A stretch of 55,067 bases of DNA, the filler included, from Trypethelium eluteriae (taxonomy: Eukaryota), in the NCBI GenBank assembly GCA_051942245.1. It is 2 parts of 2 records of this genome, joined end to end, with 100 filler letters (N's around TTAATTAATTAA, not from the genome) between each part and the next. Parts side by side here need not be neighbours in the genome. Positions count along the whole stretch, not along the records: positions 27,593 to 55,067 come from JAVECL010000335.1; 1 more part is not named here. One strand, 5' to 3'. Of this stretch, positions 47,201 to 55,067 are shown piece after piece (the first letter of the stretch is position 1; each line of letters starts with the position of its first letter). Made by a program: the position numbers and the translations under genes. Under the pieces are notes generated by a model that did no database searches, was not told where the DNA came from, and worked only from the letters and a program-made list of their open reading frames with translations.

Positions 47201-47367
47201 AGTTCTTCATTGCGAGCATCGCGACTGCTTTTGCGATCATCTGGTGTTCTCGCCGGAATGGAGACCTTCAAGATGGGTTCACGGTCGCGGGTGTTTTACT
47301 GGCTTACGGTACGATATTCTTAGGACTTGTGCAGGGCTTTGCGCAATACTTAGAGCGCAATCCGTGA
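44203..47367 (+). CDS. 1054-aa uncharacterised protein: repeats/coiled coil, WxCxCG-containing C-terminal domain and two terminal transmembrane helices
   Basis: Single uninterrupted ORF. E/Q/K-rich coiled region; C-terminal LKWICACGQKF...YILLCL...IEFTRFQLY...LPP...YEY...EGWGLRFKE followed by two hydrophobic helices. Confidence 0.8.
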   Translation: MSSPAQECPDQRQKFSPSATNSQRQSTPKSTEDTGRTGVTHFDPLYDSSVRDPDRSQQFHSPDYFHGFSSKTGNSSTSASEPIFEESKAGSESDTSDELLDSSPGLPHQEHYRKREGKGRQHEEQLQVEKELQAQKDFQLQEDFLVQKKFQLMKDFHTMNELQVKKELQQVEEQLRELMVQYGKLLEKEEQKRERRGPQQQKMTLRWKDKERRLRILLKNYCKLQAQLRRLDAHHQMLGQQLWELDGQLPKPRKLRKEERDYELEERHRRFQKLGGWLKGLVEEHFELGRQLPELKEWARELEEKARELEEKIQELEREEMAQELMEQYWKRERRQSGNLTEPSPEGTNTSASMPPSPQQEGKLRAAHSSHPEVHQSAEEQTKNSNSKHRVAPSASFSKRPTKPDVPQSYALSQSSTKRINEQGKLYLEQDGNFEGVSESILGPQATTDTLRGPRRLMIEQESAQVPDDDDEGDIDTALAKPERKYEEGSAELQKALDVAQSSKGSLDPTVLADLERDIESIRNRIMEQMEPYFLPGDGLSLFDKYGVRPERDRIDLAIFRAAIARYDRSATASFRTPARFAEVLTDAKNSEAHGVLSESIANSLISREDTESARAGTAVPGDPQDISESSELDRSPNTDFNTVSARSKAESILVRPLGISKYRQRPTKEFRYALSDIVFAVVLAMRWRDRASHQLFALRKSRRIDQDITQLRQSQEKNESTVSESTFGDPPKTAEPQLGRLLQLKWICACGQKFEEVMEEFIPGTVQELASELGTPESSVISLSPLSTSQSSSSETPPTSIESSSRLRSSYRGSEDLAIDIDDSRDIASNSLSTRVQKYILLCLSSKGMERLEHADMSSAKTDRCMYTGFHRCYFSPVRRLMRLLTLRKLDRIEFTRFQLYNKENVAVEAGDVGALPPERARDYEYERKRPYRPLIPLTALKHWTENPSHVHSRPLHINRVPMKISGQLRWSEDDGGELEGWGLRFKETISWAAVWISEFFIASIATAFAIIWCSRRNGDLQDGFTVAGVLLAYGTIFLGLVQGFAQYLERNP
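44575..44718 (+). repeat. Eight tandem 18-nt (6-aa) coding repeats
   Basis: cagcttcaggtggagaaa / gagcttcaggcgcagaag / gactttcagctgcaggaa / gactttttggtgcagaaa / aaatttcagctgatgaaa / gactttcatacgatgaat / gagcttcaggtgaagaaa / gagcttcaacaggtggag. Confidence 0.85.
45097..45159 (+). repeat. 21-nt (heptad) coding tandem repeat
   Basis: gctcgagagctggaggagaag twice (identical) plus one degenerate copy; encodes ARELEEK ARELEEK IQELERE. Confidence 0.85.
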
Positions 47368-47823
47368 TCTGCAATACTGTCACTATTCAGGATCACAGAT
47401 ACCTTCGAGCTTGGGAGGCTAGTTTGTTGGAGTTGGGTAGGTATATCATCGGATGGCATAAGGTTTCACCAGGGGACTTCCGGTTTGCATAGAGTTGGAT
47501 TATGCAGCCTGCCGGCTCGCCAGGAGTCATTGTACATGATGCACAGTCCCAAGGCAGGACATAATACAGCTGAGCCATGACAGTGCCGGCTTTCAGGCAC
47601 TTAAAGATACAGTCATACATTACCGCAGCCCTGCATTCCGCTTCGCACCCCCCGGGAGAGGATGATTACATGATGTCTACATGGGCTTTTGGAGGACGGG
47701 ACAGGCGCAGGAGAAGCAGCCTTGCACTCAACAGTCACGGTGAGCTCGATGTAGCGCCGCCGATCAACGACTTCTAATCAGGAACAGCCTTGTGTATCCC
47801 AGCCGACTTTGAGATCTACACAT

Positions 47824-50151
47824 CTACAGCCTCGCTTTCTCTGCCCCCTCAGCCTCCACCTCCGCGGTCGCCATCTCCCTCGCCAATTCTCGACTCGTCC
47901 AATCCGCGATTGCCATGTTCGTCACCATCGGATTCACCCCACTCGCGCTGGGAAACACGCTCGCATCCATGACATAGCAGCCCTCCACGCCCCAGACCTT
48001 CCCCTTGGGATCCACGACGCTCGTACGCGGGCTATTCCCCATCCGACACGTGCCCATCTGGTGCGCAGACCCAAACACTGACTGCGGCGACGGAAACCCC
48101 GTATTGCGCAACTTATCGAGCCACGCCTGGAAGCGCGGGTCATTGATACCGTCCTTAGCATGACCGTTCCCCGACGCCGCATCCTTCTGCGAGCCAAGCT
48201 CGTCGTCCTCGCGCACGAACGACGGCACGCCAGGCACCATCGTCAAGATTTCGCGGGCGCCGGTGACATACAGCATCTTCGCGATGCCGAGCATGCCCTC
48301 AACCATATGCTTCTGGTCGAACTTGCTAACGGTGTAGTCGACGCGGCACAAGCCCGTCTGCTTCTCCGCCCAGACGCGTCCTGTGTCGCGCTCGCGCACG
48401 AGGCTGATGTACGCGGTCATGTTGCGGACCTTAGCGGCGAGCGACTTCATGGTGGCGGGGCCGCCGTCGTCGTAGGGGTAGGGCAGGAAGGGGATGATCC
48501 AGCCGGGGAGCATGGTCATGGCTTCGATCTTGGCGCCGTGGCCGTGGGAGTCGAGGTTCTCGAATTCGGAGCAGACCGCCGTGAGGATGCCGCCTTCCCA
48601 GGGCCGGACTTCTTCGTCCCAGATGCCGAAGACGATGGTGACGGGGTGGAGGTGCAGATTGCGGCCGATATGGGGATTTCGAAGGCCTGATCGTAGTAGG
48701 AGTAGGGGGCTTTGCAATGTTCCGGCGCTGATGATGACTTTCTTGGCCTTGATGATGACCTCTCTTGTGGTCTTGTCTTTTCCTGAGACACCGCCTTGGC
48801 TATCTCTTGAGACCCAGACACCCTTTACCCCAACAGCGGTTTTCTTACCATTCCGATCTTCGAAGAGTACCTCTCTCGCATCGAAACCTTCGATGAAGAT
48901 TGCACCTGCCCTCGCGGCATCTGGCAGAAAGGTTTCTGTTGGGCCTTTCTTCCCACAACTCCCACAGCCAAGGGTACAATATCCACAGTAGTGCCTGTCA
49001 TTTTCGCCACCACAGTTTTGTGGTACTTCTTTCACTGCCCAGCCTAGTTTCTTTGCGCCATCGAGGATTACCTGATTAGTTTTATTGTGCCGAATCCCGT
49101 CAGCCGTGACGCCCATACGGCCACATACTCGATCGAGCGAATCTTGAAAAGCCGGGGATGTGAATAAAGGAAGATTATGAGGCGCCTGAGCCCATTCGCT
49201 TCGGACATAACCTTGGGTTTGCAAACTTGCAGACCAGTTGACGGTACCGCCACCACCCCAAGCACCACCGGCGATGACGTTCATTGTAGTGTCATCACTA
49301 ATAATGGTCCCTCCATTCATGAATAGCTGTACCGCCGCATTTTCCTCGCTCATAGGGAGATGCTCCGGAGGCCAGTGGTAGGCTTTATCGACGACTATGA
49401 CCTTCAGGCCAGCTTCAGAGAGGTTTTTAGCAGAGACGGCGGCGCCACATCCGGAGCCGACGATTATGACGTCCGTCTCGATTGTTTCAGGCAGACCTTT
49501 GGGAGACTCTGAAGGGGGGATCTGGAGAAACGCAAAGTCGAAGCCTTTCCCTGGTGTGCCATGCAGTGGGGTGCGAGGAAAGGCCAACACACGGCCGAGA
49601 GTTGGAGACGTGCGGGCCCAGTAGAGGTTTGTCAGTGAAGTAAGTGAGCGTGCAAGCATACGAAGGGAGGGAATAATGGAAGTAGACCAACGTCGAAGGA
49701 TGAGTTGACGAGTGTGCACTGGCTGAGCCGCAATTCGGACAGGAAAGCCGGTGAGGATGAGAGCGCCTGCGCAGGTATTGAGGAGGCTGAGAACGATGAG
49801 CATTTGCTGTTTTGCATCATTGCCAATGTTCTGAGCCAATAGGCGGTAGATGTTAGATTTGAAGGCAAGAATTGATGAAGGTGCTTCGGTGAAATATTCT
49901 TTTAGCAGATTATCTGAAGCATCCTCGGAGATAACTGCACGAAGGGAGTTGTAAGCATCTGAGTAGTCCTTGTCTGGCAAGACTTGATCCTTGAGCTTTT
50001 GAGCGGTTGTCTTAGGTCTTACAGAAGGAATGACTGCGTCGGCAATTGCCATGAAGCTGGTCCATTGAGCTCGACTGAGAGGATCACCTTCTGGAAGAGG
50101 TGGTAATGGGGCTGGCGTTTGCCGTATGACCTCAACGTATGCTTCTGTCAT
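47824..50151 (-). CDS. Long-chain fatty alcohol oxidase (GMC oxidoreductase, FAO1-like), probably peroxisomal
   Basis: DVIIVGSGCGA (FAD binding), GGGGTVNWSASL, HYCGYCTLGC, SPLLLLRSGL.NPHIGRNLHLHP, SAHQMGTCRMG, DASVFPSASGVNPM. C-terminal -ARL is a PTS1-type signal. Confidence 0.93.
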   Translation of the reverse strand: MTEAYVEVIRQTPAPLPPLPEGDPLSRAQWTSFMAIADAVIPSVRPKTTAQKLKDQVLPDKDYSDAYNSLRAVISEDASDNLLKEYFTEAPSSILAFKSNIYRLLAQNIGNDAKQQMLIVLSLLNTCAGALILTGFPVRIAAQPVHTRQLILRRWSTSIIPSLRMLARSLTSLTNLYWARTSPTLGRVLAFPRTPLHGTPGKGFDFAFLQIPPSESPKGLPETIETDVIIVGSGCGAAVSAKNLSEAGLKVIVVDKAYHWPPEHLPMSEENAAVQLFMNGGTIISDDTTMNVIAGGAWGGGGTVNWSASLQTQGYVRSEWAQAPHNLPLFTSPAFQDSLDRVCGRMGVTADGIRHNKTNQVILDGAKKLGWAVKEVPQNCGGENDRHYCGYCTLGCGSCGKKGPTETFLPDAARAGAIFIEGFDAREVLFEDRNGKKTAVGVKGVWVSRDSQGGVSGKDKTTREVIIKAKKVIISAGTLQSPLLLLRSGLRNPHIGRNLHLHPVTIVFGIWDEEVRPWEGGILTAVCSEFENLDSHGHGAKIEAMTMLPGWIIPFLPYPYDDGGPATMKSLAAKVRNMTAYISLVRERDTGRVWAEKQTGLCRVDYTVSKFDQKHMVEGMLGIAKMLYVTGAREILTMVPGVPSFVREDDELGSQKDAASGNGHAKDGINDPRFQAWLDKLRNTGFPSPQSVFGSAHQMGTCRMGNSPRTSVVDPKGKVWGVEGCYVMDASVFPSASGVNPMVTNMAIADWTSRELAREMATAEVEAEGAEKARL

Positions 50152-52169
50152 TTTGACGTCTCACAGTTGAAACAAGGATTATCACTACTGTGATCAAGAT
50201 TAATGGACTTTTTGTTCAATCAAAGAATATGGATCCAGTTGCATCTTCTCACTCCATGGAGCATGGCTTGATTGTAATTGGATGGATCGAAAAAAGACGA
50301 TGAATGTAAAAAGAAGATATCAGTTGAAACGCGACCAGCCGTGACGGGAAAATGAGAACGCAAGTAGCCTCCCAAACAAGAAGTAGGAAAATATTGGCTG
50401 GTGAGATGCTCTTGAATGAATATCCAAGTCGATTCGGCCGAGGCCTCTGACATGCGCAGTAGCATGTGGCCGGGGGTTGGAGACACTAAACCTCCGCTTC
50501 ACCGTATGAAGAATCGACACGTCCCATGTCAACGACATGCCTACCGTCATAAAATTTGATCGTAAGAAGATCAATTTCAGAGGATGTTTCAGGAACTGTA
50601 TTTTTTCCCAAATATTTCAGTCATGAGGAATTCTTTCATGAGAAGATGGTCATCCAATGATGCTTATCCTATAAACTTTGGTCGACGACACGCAAGCCAG
50701 CGAACTAACAATCTGGTAACGGTTCTGGCACCTGGATTTGCTTTTTTCGTAAAGCAAAGGCTCGTCAAGGATTCTAGGAAACAACGACCTATCCTTAGGT
50801 CGTATTGTGAACGATGTTTGACGCTACCTGCTTATGGAGCTCTACTATGTGTTCCTGTGCCTACCCAACTAGTATGTTAGTTACGAGGTGGCTTATTGTA
50901 TGAGGAATCCTCTAAAATGTAAGTAAAGACCTTCAATAGGACGCAACCAATGGTCCGCTGCGGTGACATGTGAAATAGGCGAGCGGAACCCTTAGGATTG
51001 AAGCGGGCCTCTCCAGTAAGGCGGTGAAGGCATCCAGAGCAGCCGCCCCGGTGACGCTAAAATTGCTGTGCACCCTGAATGGTGTCGAGGATCAGGCTGT
51101 ACGGCGGAGTAATTAGTGTCCGAATTTGACACGGACCACCAAACCATTTCCAGCGCATATGGGAGGAAGAAGTGGAGCAAAAGCAGGTTCAACACATGTA
51201 CAATTACTAATCTAAGCGACTGCATGACATTCGTAGAGCGAACAGCCAATAAGCCACGACTAAATACGCAAATTACATGAGTTGAGAAGTGTCTGAGGTG
51301 TATTTCGATGTTTTGGTGGTCCGTGTCAAATTCGAACATTTGTTACTCACCCACCCCTCCGTATAGGTCGGAGCTGTCGGGTCTCGGCAGAATGAAGATC
51401 ACGACACTCTGATTGGTCAGAGATAAGCCAATCCAGTGAAGACCCCCAAATGAGCAACGGGTTGCAGATAAGGTGGCGAATGACGGACAAGATCATGTAG
51501 GAGGGATATTCAGTCGGAAAGCAATCAGAGTGAGCTGAAGAACAATAGACGACTGAAGCTGATGGGATTGGACCCAAATCCTCGCTGGGCGACATATTCG
51601 AACAAGTCACCGAGACATTGAGCTGTCGCGCGAGCAGTTCCCTCACTCCCCCGTTGCCTTTCTGTCGGGCGGCACCAGTCAGCGCACAGACCAGATACGC
51701 CGATATTTGCCGGCAATTAGCGAGAGTTGACATGCTTTGGCCCGACCATCGGGGGGAGGAGTTTAATTGCTGTCGACACTTCTGACGTTCACTCTTCTGC
51801 TAAACTTGTGTTTCTTGCTTGCTCGCTGTGTGCGACTCCAAGTCGTCGTTGTCCGGTTCTCTCTTGTGATCTTGTCGCGTTTCCGGTAGATTGGCAGGTG
51901 TCCGCGAGCTCGGTGCCCCTCCCGCCACATCTCTCTCACTGATCGCAATACTCCTCCCAACACTTCCATCGATATCCTCGAGACGGGCGCTGGAGAGGGT
52001 TGCAGCGGGGACGTGGTGGAAGTGGGTGAATCGAGATTCCTGTGAGTGCGCTCATCTCCAATTTCCTGTGTGGTCCGGTCCTCGAGTCCTCCTTTCGCTC
52101 ACGTTGCTCTTTGTCTTCTAGTAACTCCTACGCTTGCGCTACCTTCGCTCCCTCAAAAACCCGCCCACC

Positions 52170-53567
52170 ATGGCAATGGTATCCGCCAACTTGCCTGGAG
52201 TGCCGCAAACCAAACCGACCATCCACCCAAGCCTTGCCGTTTCGTCACGCTACACCGACAATGCCCCGGATGTGTCCCCGACTTTCCAACAGGAGCGCAG
52301 CTTTTATTACCAGCACGCCCGCCATCAGCAGATTCGGCCACAGAAGTCGCCTCTGTATGTGCCTGCGGTATACCGACCGACCGAACGACCTGTGCGACAG
52401 CCTGTGACCCCACCAGCGGGTGCGGAAACGAGCTTTGACCTTTCAAGGTCTCCGGCGGCGCAAAGGGCTTCTGGTGAGGTCTCAGGTCTGGCAAGGATCG
52501 TGACCGATGAGTGGAACGAGGCAGCTCTAGGCAAGGTGACCGGGTTGCCGACAAAAAACCACTGGAAAGTAAGTCAAAGACTTTTTACTATTCGACATTA
52601 AGCATCAGTCCAAAGCACCAAGGAAGCAACCACGAGGCTCGTCGGCCAACCGAATTTGCATCCAGCGATGATTGGACTTACATCTCTGTCTTTGTGTGAT
52701 CTGGACCATTTTGCAGCACTGGTAATTTGCATATTTCTGAGTCCATGCGCTTCCCGATGCTGAAAAATGTATGGTTCCAATCCTTGCATTCGAAGCATCG
52801 GAAGCATAATACGGTAAGCAAAACAGAGAGAGATCAAAGAAGTGACGGGGACATTGCTTTATAGACAAAGGAAAATGGTTGGGCACCTATGTGGGAGTCC
52901 CTCGCCTCGGAAAGCGTAGGCGTTGGGGTTCGGGTTACGCCATTCACCACCTGAATTTAGTGCTTGAAGAAGGTTTTGCACAACATAAACCAAGTCCCGA
53001 TGCATGCATACATGCATGTGCTTTGGAGAAAATGCATGTGGACGCGTCAAGTCCTTATTTGTCTTCACACATGTCTCAATGTGTCACGCAAATGCTGAAT
53101 TAGTCATACTTCCGAGACACTCACCGGCTCCATACCGTACCTTTCATTATCGATAGAACTTACTGATATGTTGAACTATCTAGCCCGATGCGTCAGCACA
53201 AGCCTGCAATCTAGGCAACTGCAACAAGACATTCACCTTCTTCTATCGGCGTCACCACTGCCGTCGATGCGGGAACATCTTCTGCGGCGATCACTCTGTT
53301 CACGCCGTCCCTCTCGACCAGCATGCGCGCTTCCATCCATCCGGATCTCGCCAACGCGCCTGTGACCGTTGCTGGGCTGACTACAAGATGTGGGAGACCG
53401 CAAGGGTGACGAGGACCAACAGCACCAGTTCCCAGAGCAGCGGTGCTTCTCCCAAGCCAGTGGCAGTCGGCACACCAAACCCCATTCCTAATGGACCAGA
53501 AGGTGTGCAACGGCTCGGAAGCATGGCCGAAAGTGCCCCACGAGAGTGGAACTGGAGCACATTCTAA
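52170..53567 (+). CDS. PIB2: FYVE zinc-finger protein, Pib2/phafin-like TORC1 regulator, 2 coding exons
   Basis: Exon 1 has PLYVPAVYRPTE and PTKNHWK. After intron 52569-53183: PD..A.AC...C.KTFTFFYRRHHCRRCGNIFCGDHS...RACDRC, ending in the Pib2-type tail EWNWSTF*. A probable 5'-UTR intron lies at 52042-52121. Confidence 0.75.
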
Positions 53568-54683
53568 AAAGCATTGGGAAGAGAAGGGCGAGTGAATATA
53601 CGACTGGCCGCTTGTCCATCACTTAACGAGGACCCATTGACCTGCAGCATCCTCGACGGCTTCCAGACTCCCTTGAGTGGCATAATAATTGAAGACTAAT
53701 GACTTGTCCTTGACGGTCGTTCTTCACGAAACTACGGATCTTACACTATCCCATGCGCGTCTTTGATGCATCTGATTTTGTTTTCCCTTCATTTGTCCTT
53801 CGTTTCGGTGGACCTAATGCGAGTTGCAATCTTCTTTTCCGATTTTTCAACATGGCGATGGTGCTGGCGGTTATTTGCTTCCAATGGTCCATACGGGTAT
53901 GGAATGGCGTTTCGGCATCGATAATTCGGTCTGATGATACCATGGGAGGAATCAGTGATCATTGCTGCTTGTGCTCATAGATAAGATTCGGTGGTCTTCT
54001 TTACGGCCTTCTCTGGACGCTCTGGACTGTAGCTATGCTATAAATCCAGGAACCTTGAGGTAATGAATCATAATGATTAGTGAGCCAGATAGATTTCTAG
54101 AATTTGAAGATGAGTTAAACCTTGAGACTTCCTCTTCGCTCTGAATGTGACGTTTCTAATCTCTTGTCCACGTCCAAAGGTCTGGTATGCTGCGATGGTT
54201 ATGAGGCCATGGTGAACGATCATTCAGACAATCGAATGTTTCCGATTTCCTTTCTGATCTTTGATTAGCCTTCCACTACTCGGCAATTTCAGCGTCCATC
54301 TGAAAAGTGTCGGTGAATTGTACCGCAAGGCTCAAAGTTCGCGGCATCGTACGCGCTCCTCCTACTGAGTCAGTACCTTCACCTTGATCAACACGACTAC
54401 CACAAACAGAGATTTAGCACTGATTTCAGTCATGGACGAAAATCCGGAATATCCAAGCCGGCTTTCCATGTTGATAGGTGAGCTTTACTAGGTAACGAGT
54501 TGTGGCGATATTCGTATCAGATGCTTGTTGCTAAGAGGCCCGGCAAAGACAGGACTAAAATCGTAGGATTGTCATATGTATTCCATTGATATGCTAGACG
54601 CTTAAGAAGCCGCCATCTAACTCCATCGTCTGAAATGAATTCGTCATTCATCGAGACGTAAATTTCACGCCTTCATCATCTAT

Positions 54684-55067
54684 TTATTCAATATGTACCT
54701 TTTCCCCAAGCAAAGGCGCCAACTCGTCATACCTAACCTCAATGCCCTCGATCACGAGAGAATCATGCTTCTCTCCAACTCTCGTCTGCAGCTCACGACC
54801 GGACTTTTGCCCAGGGACCGGTTTCGGAACGCCAACATCATACCAAAGATGCCGAATCGACTCATCATCCTCCAGATGCGGTCCGTGAGGAGGAAGCCTC
54901 AACTTCTCCCCACGCCGACAACGTCTCCTTCCACGCTCTTCCTCCTCCTCCTCCTCCTCTTCCTCTTCGTCCTCATCCTCTTCCTCTTCGTCCTCATCCT
55001 CTTCACTGTCATCCTCTCCCTCCTCCTCCCCTTTCTCCAACAGCCCCAGCCTCATCATCCTCCCCAC
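54684..55067 (-). CDS. C-terminal part of a hypothetical protein with a long acidic (D/E) tract, running off the window
   Basis: Frame is open from the window edge to the stop at 54684; poly-E/D tract followed by ordinary-complexity sequence. No family recognised. Confidence 0.45.
   Translation of the reverse strand: MGRMMRLGLLEKGEEEGEDDSEEDEDEEEEDEDEEEEEEEEEEERGRRRCRRGEKLRLPPHGPHLEDDESIRHLWYDVGVPKPVPGQKSGRELQTRVGEKHDSLVIEGIEVRYDELAPLLGEKVHIE

Noticed and set aside
52700..53000. snR30/U17 H/ACA RNA in the PIB2 intron
   Set aside because: The m1 (AUAUUCCUA) and m2 (AAACCAU) motifs are only partly matched and not arranged in one 3' hairpin with an ACA box.
54935..55030. (TCC/TCT)n microsatellite-like tract
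   Set aside because: Explained as the poly-Glu/Asp coding tract of the minus-strand partial gene.

Overview
Intron-containing genomic DNA from a filamentous ascomycete (Pezizomycotina-type GT..CTRAC..YAG introns; no CRISPR, rRNA, tRNA or intact transposon seen). An artificial 100-nt linker (N44-TTAATTAATTAA-N44, 27493-27592) splits the window, so the two halves may not be truly adjacent. The left half is an accessory island after the 3' end of a probable Kar9/MigA-like gene. It holds a secondary-metabolite cluster with no PKS, NRPS or terpene cyclase in view: DMATS prenyltransferase, Bna3-like PLP aminotransferase, CYP65-like P450, O-methyltransferase, MCT-type MFS transporter, two fungal rhodopsin-domain (PTH11/SAT4-like) proteins and a decayed DHA2 MFS pump. 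An APH-family phosphotransferase and a PNP_UDP-NACHT-ankyrin NLR follow. The right half is mostly core genes: TAF4 (cut by the gap), YSH1, a Bet v1/SRPBCC protein, PUS7, carboxypeptidase Y, SDO1, RPS18, a 1054-aa orphan, a long-chain alcohol oxidase and a PIB2-like FYVE protein. Non-coding signals not shown by the ORF track: a candidate box C/D snoRNA antisense to LSU rRNA, long-range stems in the long YSH1 and PIB2 introns, a 6-nt micro-exon in RPS18 and recurrent C-to-G strand-skew switches. All calls come from reading motifs by eye; exon boundaries were assembled manually.
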